Source: Naegleria gruberi
Taxonomy: Eukaryota
Assembly: GCA_000004985.1 (NCBI GenBank)
Contig: GG738920.1
Reading direction: 5' to 3' (one strand)
DNA length: 64,000 nt
Under the pieces are notes generated by a model. The model saw nothing but the letters and a program-made list of their open reading frames with translations. It made no database searches and was not told the origin of the DNA. The position numbers and the translations under genes are program-made. Below are positions 23,609-37,900 of this stretch, piece after piece (the first letter of the stretch is position 1; every line of letters starts with the position of its first letter).

Positions 23609-26600
23609 ATGAAAATTCCTTCAGGAATAATTCTCCTCCTTCTACTCGGTTTTGCAGCAGCATGGTTGTTAGCAGAACATAAAGTAGAGTGCACTATCGA
23701 TCACAAAATAGTGGCAGGTGGTCTAGTCGATCCAATCACTGGTATCGATGCATCTGGTTTCAAATTCAAAAATCCTGCTTCTGCATGTGTAAATCCTAAA
23801 ACTGGTGATGTATTCTTGACTGATGCTGATACCATCAACAAACCAAGTTTAGGTTTTAATAGAATATTCAGGGTAAATAGACAAACTAACATCATTACTA
23901 CCTATGCTGGTAATGGTTACTCTTCTGTAACAAGGTAAGTTAATGAATGAGCATCATGTGATGCATACATGCATGAATGTTAATTTAACATGCTTAATCA
24001 TAATCAACACATCCAAACGTGAATTTATATAGTGGAGATGGTGAATTAGCAATTGATGCTGGCATGACTCCATCAGTTTGCACTGTGGACATGGCTGGTG
24101 ATTTGTATTTTTATGATATATCCAGTTCTGCCATTAGGGTTGTCAATGGAACAACTGGAAAGATTTCCACCTTTGCATCCGTTTCTAAACCATTTTCTCT
24201 TGCAAGTGATGATAATTTCATTTACTACTCTGCAACTTTTTCTGTTGGTAAATTCAATAAGGTTACTAAGGTTAAGACTGTTTATGATAGCAGTGTTGGT
24301 ACATCATATGTTGTGTTGGGTCTGGATGGATCATTATATTACAGTGCAACCAGTGAGAAGACCATTAAGAAGGTTGACAAACAAGGTGCAATTTCGATCA
24401 TTGCTGGTCAAACCAGTGTTGGTTGTGGAAACGGCAATAAGGATGTGTGCGGTGATGGTGGATTGGCTTCCAGTGCTCTATTTTATGTAAGTATTCACAG
24501 AGGACTAGATCCATATTTAACAACATGTATTTCCTTATTAACAATTAACAGCAACCAAGTAGTCTTCATGTACAAGAAAATGGAAACCTCGTCATTGCAG
24601 ACCAATACAGAGTAAGAATGATTTCTCCAAATGGAACCGTGTCAACTCTTGCTGGTACTGGCACTTTCAATTCTTACTTTGGTGGTGCAAACGGTGATGG
24701 CAGCTCGGCAATCACTGCTGTTCTTAAAGATGTTGGTGTTATATTTGGATACAACAATACTGTTTATATTCAAGACGCGTAAGTATTCATATTCAACTTG
24801 GTTCGTCTAATCATTTCAATAGAAGAAATCTTAGATACAGAAAGGTTGAGAATAGCATTATCAATCATGCATTTGGAACTTGTGACAAGGGAGTTGCTTT
24901 TGGAGAAGGTAACAGATTGATTAATACCAATTTGAATAGTGGTTTAGCTTCTCTTGCATTCGACTCTCAAGATAACATGTATTTGGCTTGGCAAAATATT
25001 GTTTACAAGGTCTACAATGGAATTGTTAAAAGAATTGCTGGAACTGAAATTGGTGATTATGGTACTAATGGTAATGCATTGAATGCATTACTTTCTGTTG
25101 GAAAGATTATTGTGAATTCCAACAATGATGTTATTTTCCCAGCAGTAAGTTGATACTTAATTCAATTTAACCAATTTTTGATATAGGTCAACAAAGTTAA
25201 AAAGATTGAAACCTCAACTGGTTTAGTCAGAGAATTCAATATTACTGGTCTCAATAGTCCTAAAGCAATTTGCTTGGATGCAAATGACAATTTGATCATT
25301 ATGGACACCAGTAACTGTGTCATCAAATATTTCGATGTAACAACTCAACAAGTTTCGCAACTTTCCAAGACAAATGCTGGATGCGATCCTGGAGCAAGTG
25401 GTTTTTGTAAGTTTGCACATTTTCATTGTTGATTTAATCTATATAATAGTTGTCAATTCAACATTATTTAGCTCACCTTCTGATTGTGCCGTTGATAAGA
25501 AGAATGGGGATATTTACATTTCTGAGAATAACAAGATTAGAGTTATTAGAAAATCAGATAGTAAGGTGTATACCATTGCAGGTAATGGAAACTATTGTTT
25601 GAAAACAACTTACAATACGAACAAATGTGGAGATGGAGGCTTGGCAACAAGTGCTGCTATTTCAAGTAATGGTTTGGCCCTCAATTCTGCAACTTCTGAA
25701 TTGTTCTTTTCTGGTAAGTATTTAAAATATTCTATTTCGACTAATTTCAAGATAGATCTTGCTTGGGATGGTGCTAATAATAATTATTATTCAACTATTA
25801 GAAAGGTAAATTTAACATCTGGTGTCATTTCAACTGTGGCAGGAACAGGTTCTTCACCACCAAAAACTGGTACTTACATTTATGGAGAATGGTCAGATCC
25901 ATTGGCTACTCCAATTTTAGTTTCCACAGTTTCTGTTTCAAATGGTGGAAAACTCTATTTCCCAGACGGTTCCGATCAAGGGTATATCAGAACTATTAAC
26001 TCCAATAATAGAATAGTTTCAATTACAGGTCACTATTATTCGGATTCCATTTATTACAATGGTGAAAACTTGACAGCTACCGAAAGTTATCTATGTAACC
26101 CAACAAGTATTGCCAAACATAAGAATGGCGACTTGTTCTTTGGTTTGACATGTAAAACAATTGTTCAGCAAGGTGCAGTTTGGACAACTTTTTCCAGAAT
26201 TGTAAAGTTGGATTCGAATACTGGAAGAATTAATACTATAATTGGTAATTTTAAGGAAACAACTTCTCCAGATGGATTGAGTGGATTACAAACAAGTATT
26301 AGTCCATATAGAGATGCTTCTAGCTATTTCCCATTGGGAGTTGTTGTTACTGATGCAGGTGAAGTAATTTACTCAGATTCTCAATCAAATATTATTAGAA
26401 AAGTAAGTTTCTTATAAGAATTTGTGAAATTAAGCAAATATTTAGTTGAATTTAAATGGAGTGATTGAAACTATTGTTGGAACCAATACCAGTTGTCCAA
26501 ATTCCACATACACTTGTGGAGACAATGGTGATGCCAAATTAGCAAGTAAGTTTCTTCCTAAATCTTTCCAATATTAAAAACTAATCATTCCTCACGTATT

Positions 26601-29600
26601 GGAAATATATAGATTTGAAACAACCAACTGGTCTCTTCTTGACAGAAAGTGGTGTTTTATATATTGCTGACTCTGGTAATCATAGAATTAGAAAAGTTGA
26701 AAATGGAACAATCTCAACAGTGATTGGTTCTGGATATTCTTGTTCATCTGCTGGAGCTGCTTCTTGTGATAGCACTGATCCTCTTTTGGTCAAGTTGTTG
26801 GTAAGTTATTCGACACTAGTTCGTATGATAATTTTGGTTAATAGACTCCTGCTGCTGTTTATATCACTAAATCAGGAGATGTCTATGTTGCTGATACAGG
26901 AGTAAGTTATTTGATTGATATATTTCAAAGTAATCCTATCAAATTAACTATTTAGAATAACAAAGTAAGAAAGTTGAGTAATGGAATTTTGAGCACTGTT
27001 GTTGGCACCTCGTTGGATCTTCCAACTGGTTTATTCGTCGATGAGAGCAACAATGATGTTTACATTTCTGATCGTGTAAGTTTTTCAATCTTCCTTTCAA
27101 AAATGTTTACATTTTCAATAATCTTTCAAATTATTTTAATAGACTCGTACTGTTAGAAAAGTTTCTAAAGGATTTTTATCAATCTATGCTGGTACGCTTA
27201 ACAATGCAGTATATTCAATCTCTGGAAATGTTTCTTTCTGCTATCCAACTTCAATTCTTCAAACTAATGATGGAATTCTTGTTGCTGACACTGAAAGTGG
27301 CTTGATCAGATCTGTCAAACTTTCCTGTCCAACTGGATACTATGGATTGAACTGTGAATATTACAACTGTTTTGGAATTAGCAGCTTAAACTCAAATACC
27401 TGCAATGGATTTGGTAATTGTTCAGCACCTGACGTTTGTAGTTGTGACAGCAGTCATGAAGGAAGTCAATGTGAAATTGGAAAGTGTTTTGGAATTTCAA
27501 AAAATAACTCAATGGTTTGCACTGGACATGGGTTATGTCTTTCACTTGATACTTGTTCGTGTAATGGTGATTATTACGGTGAAAAATGTAATTTACCTTA
27601 TTGTTTCTCAATCAGATCAAACGAAACTTCTGTTTGTTCTGGACAAGGCAACTGTGTTGAAAAGGATCAATGCTCATGTAGAAATAATTATTTGGGAGCA
27701 ATGTGTGAAAATGCACCATGTTTTGGAGTTTCTTACAACGCATCTAATGTTTGTTCTGGAAATGGAGAATGTGTTTCTCTCAATAACTGTACTTGCGATG
27801 AAGGTTATTATGGAGATTTATGTAATTTACCAATTTGTTTCTCTATCAAATCCAATGACTCATCAGTTTGTTCTGGACAAGGTGATTGTATTGGAAAGGA
27901 TCAATGCTCATGTAGAAATAACTATTTAGGAGCAATGTGTGAAAATGCACCATGTTTTGGAATTGTTTACAATGCAACAAATGTTTGCAGTGGACATGGA
28001 TTGTGTGTTTCAGGAAGTTGTCAATGTTCAGATAATTATTTTGGATCTAACTGTAGTGTCACCACTTGTTTTGGAACGGCCAGTAATGACAGCTCAGTAT
28101 GTAGTGGTAATGGTATTTGTTCTTCTTTTGATGAATGCAAATGCTCAACTGGATACACTGGAGTTAATTGCAATGTTTCAACTTGTTATGGATTACCTGC
28201 CACTAATGCAAGTGTATGTAGCGGACATGGATTGTGTACTTCTCCGAACCAATGTTCTTGTAATCAAGGTTGGAATGGAACTTATTGTAATGTTACTTCC
28301 TGTTTTGGTATTGTTTCTACAAGTGTTTCCAATGTTTGTAATGGACATGGTTCATGTATAGCTCCAAATGAATGTTCATGCAAACAAGGATATCTTGGTT
28401 CTTCATGTAATGTTACTTTCTGTTATGGAGTTTCTTCCAATGAGTCCAATGTTTGTTCTGGTCACGGAACTTGTGGAGATTTAAATTCTTGTTCCTGCTC
28501 TTCCGATTGGTACGGATCCAAGTGTAACATTACCACTTGTTTCGGTATTAAGGGAGACCAAAATACTGTCTGCAGTGGCCATGGCTCATGTCCATCAACC
28601 AATCAATGTAACTGTCAAGAGAATTATTATGGCACATCATGTTCTGTTCGTTGTGACTCTAATACCTGCAATGGACATGGTAACTGCTCATCAACAGGTC
28701 AGTGTCAATGTTTCTCAGATGTAGAACATGGTTTCTGGACCTCTTCTAATTGTTCGAAATGTGATTCGAATAGGTATGGTGAAAATTGTTGGGTCACTAT
28801 TGGAAATAGTTCAATGGTTACTCCAGATGGAATTGGTCTTTTATTGCAACTTGTTAATCCTAATGCAAATATTAAGAATTTGCAAGTCGATTGTAATATT
28901 TTACTTTCTTCTGAGACTATTAGAAAGTTGGATTCACCAATTTGTAGATGGACTAATTTATCAACAAGTGAATTGACCATTCAAATGGGTCTTGAAAATA
29001 GTATTCAATTAGGAGATTCTTTATATGTCAATACTAATTATTTCAACACAGCCAACTTGAAACCTTCTTACATTCCAATAACTGTCATGAAAAATTCGAA
29101 TCCAACTGTTTTACCAGAAGCTGTCATTTCCACAACTTCCAAATCTTTCAGTAATTGTGATTCAATTGTTATTCAAGGATCTGAAAGTAGAGACAAGAAT
29201 TATAGAGATTTGACTTTCGAATGGCGTTTCGTCAACTCTCCTCTTTCTCCTTCTGCCTTATCTCTCATTACGCTAACCAAACCAACACTTATTTTGGCAG
29301 ATAGTCAACCATCTGGAAATTATATTGTTGAACTCGTTGTCATTTCCAAATTTGGAGCAAGAAGTTTGCCAGTTTCTTATTCATTCAAGAAACTTTCTGC
29401 CAGTATGCCACAAATCAATGCTGAAAGCAATAGTATGGATGTATTTGTCGATAGACTTCCAATAATTGTCAAGAAATATGTTTCGTACAAGTCATGCTTG
29501 GGAGAAATTTTAAAGTCGAATGAATATACAGTGAATTGGACTCAAACCAGTGGACCAACCAATGCCAAATTCGAAACTTTACCTAACGGAGACTTGGCAA

Positions 29601-31942
29601 TTTATTCATTCCAATCTCAATTGTCCAATACTTTCACATTTGTTGCAACTTTGAATTATTCAATGGAAATTGCAAGCACAAAGGTAACAATCAATACTCA
29701 TGAACCTAATTTTGCAGTTTTGGTTTATCAAACTGATTTGAATTCAACTCATGTGACTGTCAATGTTGAAAGTGATCCAGTTGAAAGTTTGGCTCAATAC
29801 AAGGATAATATTCAGTTTACTTGGAATTGTAAGAATGTGGACGAAACTAATTGTGATTCTTCCATTTTGAATACTCTTGCTTATCACGGCAATGTTAAAT
29901 CGACCAAATTCATGTTGGCTCGTAAATCTTCATTGTCAATTCGTCTCGGATTGGATGTTACCTTATCAGGAAATAATCACAGCAATGAAATGGTTGTCAC
30001 TTTCCCTAAGGACGAAACTGTTCCAGTTGTTGAATTGGTTTCAGTTTCTCCAGCTGGTTCTCAACTCACCACTGAAGACATTTTAACCATTCAATTATTA
30101 GTTCGTGTCAGTGGTCAAATTGAAAATATCGATTCTTTAATTACAAGAAATTGGAATCTCAATGGTCAACCAATTAGTAACGATTTGGTTTTATCCCCAT
30201 CTCCATCTAAATCCAATTACATTTCTCTAGATTTATCCAAACTCAGTGCTGGTTCATCAAACACTTTGCTATTCAACGTTTCAAGTGTTTCGTCTAAGTT
30301 ATTCTCAACATTTACCTATTCCTTCTCACTTGCTCCAAATCCATTGCCATGTTCATGTTCTGTTAGTCCATCAACTGGTTTCGCTCTTGAAACTCTTTTC
30401 ACAATCAGTTGTCCTAATTGTTTGACTTCCAACACTGCTCTTCAAGTTTTATTCACAGATGTCAAGACTGGAGTCAGAGTTCCACTCATGGATGCAACTG
30501 TGTCTGAGTTGACCACTCAATTACCATATACAGGTGATGAACAACTTCCATTACATTTTGTTGTTAGAAATACCAAGACAGGAGCCAAGACTGAAACCTC
30601 AGTTTTACAATCGGCTAAAGTTCCATCCGCTATCTCATTGTCAGAAGTCAAGACAAAGAAGATGGCTTGGAATGCTTTTTATAGATCTCTCTATGCTAAT
30701 GATCCAAGAAAGGTTGTTTTCAATTATATTTCAACTGTTGTCAAAGAAATGACTAGAAGAAACTCTGTCACCAGAAGAAACTTGAAGGTAACAAACTGTT
30801 TAAATGGTGGAGTGTATAATTCATTCACCAAGATGTGTGCTTGTAAGAGTGGATTCAAGAAGATTGACTGTAGCATGACTCTTTCTGATTGGAATGCAAT
30901 TGTTTTGGATAATTACGAAACTGCCAAATCAGTCATTGAAGAATTGAATTCCAGAAATAGTTTAGAAGCCCCACAAGAATCCAAGATTGCCAGCCAAATT
31001 TCATCTCTCTATCACTTGCTGGAAACTGTCGACGAGAATAGTCCAGAATTGCTCGATCAAGTTCTTTCCATTTTCAACAATACCATTCAAGATGCCACCA
31101 AATTCTCTTACATTACAATTTCGAATTCATTGGCAAGTACAATGTCTGAAATTTTGGGATTACTTTACAAGAGTCAACTCTATAATGCTGGTAATGTGAG
31201 TGTTGAATATTTTGCAAAGATTAGAGAATTGCTCAACTCGGTTGCATCTATCAAGTACAGAAATCAATTGATTGGAAGTTCTATTGATTTTGATGCTGAT
31301 ATGTTCAAGTTGACTGGAACTAAACTCTATCCTATGGATTTATCTGGAAAGAATCTTGATACAATGATTCAACTTCCAACATTAATGACCAAATATTTGA
31401 AGAATGGAGACATGAGAAAGTCAATTAGTCCAAGAATTTTCAAGAATTCAATTATTCAATCCAAACAAACTTCTGAAATTATCAATAATCAAACAGTTGT
31501 AACATACGAAACCACTCCAGGTTACTCTCTTTCCTTAGAATTCATTAATCAAAATGTTGACATTCAAGAAAAAGTTGTTAATTATTACTTTAACCTTACT
31601 AAGACAAATATTTCTGCATACAGCAATATTAAGAACTTGGTCTCTGAAGTTGTTTGTGAAAGTGATCAACCATGTGAATTACAAACCTTAGAAACAAACT
31701 TTTATGCATGTAAATGTGCCCTTCCATCCCATGTAACAGTTAGAGAGAGAACTACGTTCACTATTGTGCCAATAGTTCCACAAAATTCTATTCCAACTCC
31801 TCAAAAATCAATTGTTCCAAAAGTTTCTCCAAAAGTTTCCAAGATTGCCACTGTTTCTGATGCTTTGCAATATTCTGGAATTAATGGATGTATTGTTGGT
31901 TTGTTAATTGTTTTATGGACCTCTGTTGCTGTCTTCTTTTAA
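23609..31942 (+). CDS. giant secreted/surface protein: signal peptide + about 10 NHL blades + about 11 EGF-like repeats + about 1100-aa Ser/Thr/Asn-rich glycosylated region + C-terminal hydrophobic anchor (12 exons, about 2570 aa)
   Basis: Exons, +/-3 nt: 23609..23934, 24033..24486, 24552..24778, 24823..25144, 25187..25406, 25450..25713, 25756..26402, 26446..26545, 26613..26800, 26845..26901, 26956..27075, 27143..31942. Introns are 42-98 nt, all GTAAGT...YAG, and all phases close. The signal peptide is MKIPSGIILLLLLGFAAAWLLA. NHL blades include CGDGGLASSA..., ADSGNHRIRKVENGTISTV and DNNVRKLSNGILSTVVG. EGF-like repeats of about 32 aa follow the pattern CFG..(10)..C.G.G.C....C.C..(8)..C. The protein ends GCIVGLLIVLWTSVAVFF, a TM or GPI signal. 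Near 23879 the ORF-track frame was used where it disagreed with the printed text by 2 nt. Confidence 0.65.
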
Positions 31943-31982
31943 ATAAACAATTTTAATATTGCTAGACTTTGAAAAATGTTAT

Positions 31983-34900
31983 TTATTCAAAAACTTCAGC
32001 AAATTCAGTAGCACTTCTTCCAAATATTTCAGGAGTGTACATTTCTTCTGCCTTCACACCTGGGATAACAAATGAACCGATTGAGGTAGCTCTAGCAATG
32101 TAGGTAAATTCGTGAGTGCCTTCCCATAACAATGAGCTAAATGCCTCAACTCTCTCATCTCTAATGTTGTGGTGTTCATACCAAATTGGATTAAACCACC
32201 AACACCACCAACCGTTTGATCTACTATTGGTTCCACTTCCACTTACAGTAGCAATATCTGGAGTTCCTTTCAATTCTGGATTGATTGGTTCAAGACCAGC
32301 AGGTAAAAAGTCAACTAATGCAACGTGATATCTACGACTGGTATTGGTCATGGTCAACTTGATACGAACCAATTCTCCAGCCTTAAATCTCCAAGTGTTT
32401 CTTTCTCTATCAAATGTAACATGAGAAGAATCAGTCACGTGTTCATAAGTTCTTTGAACTTCAAATCCATAATCCAATGCATCAACAAGCAAGTTCTTTG
32501 GAGCATATTCCATTCCAATTCTGTAATATAATCTTCCAGGTCCATGCTTGGAAATAGCAAGTGTCTTTTGACCATTCTCTAATAAACTCATTGGAATGCT
32601 CAATTGGTTTTCATCCTTGGATCTTCCCTTGAAAACTTGCTCTCCACAATAATCTTCACCTAGCCACATGTTGGCAACAAAATCTGGTGTCACACCTTCG
32701 AATACGTTAAAGTATGTATTAAGGGAAAGAAGGATGAAAACATTTTCTTGAGTATTTTCCCATCTACCTTTCTTTCTATGAGCCAGTAAGCCCTTGACAA
32801 TCTTTGGAATAATATAATTTTGAGGAGTAATATTAATAAGAGCTTCTAAGCAAATACCATCAGTTCTACGATTGCTGTGCAACATGACATGTTTAGTGGC
32901 CATTGCATCACCATAGCTTGTGATAAAGTTTGCTGTTTGAGCAGTTTCATTCACATGCTTATTCAAATGTTCAATGATTTGATTAACAGAAGTAGTGGCT
33001 CTCTTATTATTTGATAAATATATGGCAGTAGCCAACCAAGCTAAATGTTCAAAATTACCTGAAAGTTTGTAAGTTTGATAAAGTTTTTCAGCTAAATTCT
33101 TTGCCTCAGAATCATCTAACAATGCCAAAGCATAGTAGGCATATGCCTTGAGTGATTTGATAGTCTCCTCAGAGTAGTTCTCACAATAACTTTCAATACT
33201 TCTCAATACTGGAACCAATTTTGAGAGAGTGGATTCATTCACTGAATATCCTGCAAGCCTGGCTCTAGCAAGGGAATGACCGACGTGGCATGTAACGTAT
33301 GGACTGATACGATGATCCACTCCATTAAATGACCAGTAGCTGAATCCACCATTTGGATATTGTCTTGTTGATAATTGTCTGAGTCCTTGATTAATATTTT
33401 CATCAAGGTTTTCCTTTGTTGGAAGCTCTTGTAATTTGAAAGCAAGAAGAATATCTTTAAGAGCTAAAATTGATAATAATCTACTAGAAATTTGTTCAGA
33501 GCATGCGAAAGGATAATTGTACAAATAAAGGAAACTGTCAGTGAGTGAAGACAATGCAGTAGAGCTGGTTGAAATCTTGAGACCTCCAAATTGTGTGAAA
33601 ACATCTTGAGGAGCCTTTACAGGTTGGAACACTGAGCTATCACCATCCATTTCACCATAAGTTGCAAATGCTTCAGTTGTGGCTGGAGTAAATACTCTGA
33701 TTTCTTTTTCAACAGCATCAGAGAAGTTTACACCAGAAGTGGCGATAGAGACACCAACTTGGAATCTGGCCACACCCACCCTATCAGTAGTCATGGGGAA
33801 TCTCAATTCAGCCCTTCCTAAAGCTGGTATTCTAATCTTGAGTCCTTTCTTTGAGGTATCCAACAAGTTCAAATTGGTAAAGTTAATAGCAGCATGTACC
33901 TCCAAACTTAATTGGGTTTGATTTTGTAAAACACATGTAAATTCTGCTCTATCGCCAAAGTTCAAGAAACGAGGTAGGGATGGTCTGATTGACAATGGAA
34001 GTTGAGCAATCATAGATGATTCATGAATTCCAAAATTCCAATCTCCCTTAACAGCCACAGCTGTGATTCTGTACTTGGTAAGATTATCAGGAAGTTTAAA
34101 TTTAACAGAGGCCACTCCTTCAGAGTTTGTCTTGTTGGTTGGGCTAAAGATGGCAAGAGGATTGAAATTAGATCTCACTACAATCTTTGGTTGTTTGGAT
34201 AGTTTAGCTCCTCCTCCACCAAATCCACCTACACAACCATCACCACAACATGCACATTGGCAACAAAGGTCGTCACAACAACAGCATTCATTCATACAAT
34301 CTTCAAAACAACAATTAGCGCAAGAACTGCATGCTCTAGCAAAGCGACAACAGTTAGTAGGACTTCGCATTAACGGTAGTTCCTCTTGGAAAACAATACC
34401 ATCATAGCTCTTAACAAAAACATTATTTCTGATGGAATAAGTTTGATAATAGCTGCTGTATTCTCTAACAAATGTATCTAGAGGATTAGCAATGGTGTGG
34501 CCAGTTAATGACAATACAGCTTCATCCACAGCAATGATACAAACTTCACATCCTTCTAAAGGTTTACCAGTTATTGGATCCTTAACAATGACATCAATGC
34601 TAGTTTCGCTTCCAGGTGTCAAATATTCCCTTTCAGGCTTGGATTCAACAGATAAGGTTCTGGAAATCTTTGAAACCTTAATCATACATTCACCACTTGC
34701 AAAAGCAGGTTGTTTTGGTAAATCCTCAAGAACATTACCTATAGCATCAACCCTTGATTCGCAACCAGTAACTTCAGCACTGACGAAAATATTTGGAATA
34801 TGGTCAGAAGTAATGTCAAGTTCAAATTCAATATAGCCAGGCTCACCATCAATTTGAATAGGATGTTGGCTATGTATTCCATGAAGTCTTGTGAATAAAA

Positions 34901-37900
34901 CACCTTCACACCTTGTTTCAAAAGGAGATTGAATTAAAATCTTAGCCTTTTCTCCAATTTGATATTCAGTCTTGTCTGGAAGTAGAGTGAGTTGTTTCTT
35001 TGTAATATTCTTTCCAAGTTTTTGCTCCCTCACAGAAGCACCTGTAATGTACAAGCTTGTTGAAGAGTTATTAGTTTGGCCTGTTTCAGAATCAACAATA
35101 TCAACAGAGAAATAATAGATACCACCATTTCCAAACTTTAAAGGAACGTCAACAGCTTCCTTTCCTGAAGTGAAAACTTCATCAACAATTTCAATAGTTT
35201 CCGAAACAAATTTGTATCCCTTCTTTACCTGTACATTGGTGGTTACTTTCAATTTCATTGGAATACCAGAAACCAATTTTCCATCAATGTCAGAAACAAT
35301 TAGAGAAGCAGTTATTGGAATGTTTGGTTTGGCGAATTGTTTGCTCAACTTGATTCCACAATAATATTTACAAGGGTGAACAAGGAAGGAAGTAGATGAA
35401 GAAATGGTTTGTCTATTGATATCTTGTACAGTTGCCTCCACTGAGATGGTAACTGGTGTCTTTACCAAACGATCACTTTCATCAAAGGCAATAGCAACTT
35501 GATGCTCACCATTAACATCTGTAGTACCTTCAAAGCTTGTAACATCAAGAGCTGATCCACTTGGGAATAAATAATTTGCTACAGAGGAACCTCCAAAATT
35601 GTATGAGGATTGGTTTGGAGGAACATAACTACTACTGGTTTGTTTGATAGAATAAGAGCATTTAGCTCCTGAGATTCCTCCTCCACTATAGTAAGTAGCA
35701 TTAGTGGTACAAAGAGCAGAACCACCAACAATGTAGTTTCCAGCAGGTACTGAAGATTTAGATTTGAACTCTGGTGTTCTAAATTCTTGAACTTGGAATT
35801 GATGGAAGGCAGAGAACCCATCTAATGAGATGGAGTGACTTCCCAAGTTGGCATTATCAGGAACTTTGAATTGAATATCAAAAGTACCATCTTCACTCAG
35901 AGTTACATTACCAGAATGATACTTTTGACCTCTCGCATCCAAGACTGTGAAAGTAGAACTAGTTTTTGGTATTTCAATCTTTTCAACATTGTCAATCAAA
36001 TTGAAGTTTCTTACATAACCCTTGATGGAAACTGTTTCATTAGGCTTGTAAAGTCCTCTATCGTTGAACATGCAAGCAACAGTTTGTGGTTGATATGGAT
36101 TGTAATAGTGATAAATATCTGGAATGAAGCATGTATCTTGACCTTGAGTGGCAATAGCCTTCACATATGCTCCATATTGTTGTTCATGACCAATATTACG
36201 TATACAACCAATACCAGTTGATGAGTTAGGTGTATTTGGGGAATGATTGTTGAATTTGAAGGTTACATTATCCTTAATAATACTTCCATCCAACAATGAG
36301 TTAACCCAATAGTATACACTTGATGAACTTGTGTCAAAAACACAATCAACAGAAATTTTGGTTGCTTGAATCCAAGATGTGAAACCAGGTCTTTGATTCC
36401 ACTCACCCTTCCAGCTACTTTTTTCTGGCTCAACAATAACAAGCAATTGACCAATATTTTCAGATGGATACTGAAGATAGGAATGAAGATTGATTTCAGT
36501 CTCCACTGGTTCGTCAATTTCTCCCTTTGTTGAAATGACACTATCACAAACCAATTTACCAGGATATTGAATAGTTGAATAGGTGTTATGATGAAGAATA
36601 GATGAAGAATACATATTTGGTTGGACTTGATAAACACTCAAATGTACAGAATCCAAATTTACAGTAACAATTGGGTAGGTTGGAGTTGGATTCAAAGTTG
36701 GATCTAAAACAATCACACCAGTCTTGAATGCTTGGAGTGATTGACGTGCACTTTTAACAGTAAATTCTACAGTGGTGTCTGGAAGGATTTGACCCCAAAC
36801 ATCAACCAAATTCTTCAAGAAAACCTTATAAGTAGTTCTTCCTTTGATTTTACCAGAAACACTGATAGTGCATCCGTATGGATTTAATTCCATTCTTTCT
36901 ACTGGTGGTGAAACAGTTACCATACTTTCTGTTAATTTTTCCAAATCAATATTTGTTGTAAAATTCAATCCAAAAGCCTGCATTGGTAGCTCACCACCGT
37001 GTTTTCTTTCAAACTTGAAAGCTGGATAATTCTTGACTTGATTGCTTACATCCTTTTGTGTTGGTAATGGACCTTCTGACCCAGTAACTCCACTCTTGAC
37101 AACTACTTGAGAGGAGAGACCAAGTTTGTGACTAGTGGTAAACCACAAATGTCTTCCATCTGGAGCATGTTTGAGTTTTTGTTCGTAAAACGAATGAATG
37201 CTCCTATCTCTCTTCTCCAATTCATAATCTTTCAAAACTTTAACAATGTGCTCCTCAACGAGAGGATTCGAAGACTTTCCATCATGAATCAAATTGGCAC
37301 TTTGATTATCGATAGTAATAAATTTGATCACTTCACTTGGATTAATTTCTTGATCAAACTCACAATAGTAAATTGGTACTTCGTTGAGAGGATGAGCTTG
37401 TTGGTTTGGGAAAAATTGCTTTACATATAATCTTGGAGTTTCAAAACTAAATGTCAAATCTTCCTTCAAAGTTCCTCCAATTTCTGATTTGGTACCCTTC
37501 TTGACAGTAACTGTATACTTGGTAGACATGTCAAATCTGTAATTAGCTTCATAAATTAAAGTTTTTGTTCCCAACCACTTGAATTTTCCTCCCTTCTTTG
37601 GGAGTGGTGAAATTTCTACTGGAATATTATGACTTTCTACTTCTGCAACACCACTCACAGGAACCATTGGTTGAGAGAAGGTAATAGTCACAGATGGAAC
37701 TGATCTATCCAAAACACCTTCTGGTGAATAACGAAGCACACTCAAATCAGATCCTAACAACTTTGCCTCCTCTTCAATCAATTCCTTTGGTTTTTCCAAA
37801 CTTATTTCAGGTGGAAATGGAACACTATTAATCTCGGCAGTAATTGGTGCCTTCAATGATTTTTCTCTAATGAGAACAATAATTAGATAGAATTTTCCGA

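Noticed and set aside
23870-23945. Apparent 2-nt disagreement between the printed sequence and the ORF-track frames (ORFs 23609..23938 + and 23701..23895 -) around 23879-23881
   Set aside because: I could not reconcile the two by hand. The ORF-track frame gives an NHL-consistent peptide (RVNRQTNIITTYAGNG) and a clean GTAAGT phase-2 donor, so I used it for exon 1. The coordinates of exon 1 and intron 1 may therefore be off by 2 nt. I do not treat it as a biological frameshift.
24823-24841. Alternative acceptors CTTAG and ATACAG downstream of CAATAG for exon 4 of the NHL-EGF gene, and a possible 31-nt intron GTAACAGATTG...GAATAG at about 24905
   Set aside because: All three acceptors are in phase, but only the first preserves the NHL consensus (D-A-R-N-L-R-Y-R-K-V-E-N, like DSGNHRIRKVEN). 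The 31-nt stretch is read through in frame and encodes part of a blade, so it is not an intron.
27378-28361. Antisense or alternate-frame tool ORFs inside large genes (e.g. 27378..27611 -, 27405..27929 +, 27939..28361 +, 2897..3441, 33239..36637, 38465..39585, 41683..42283, 49654..50214)
   Set aside because: They lie within or opposite well-supported long CDSs, are low-complexity mirror images of the EGF/LRR/Q-rich repeats, and lack start context. They are chance ORFs.
36100-36140. Second CGEQ string (EDYCGEQVFKG) in the thioester protein taken as the thioester site
   Set aside because: It lies in the C-terminal MG8/receptor-binding-like region. The positional thioester motif is the upstream YPFACSEQ at 33492..33503, which is followed by the conserved TED helices.
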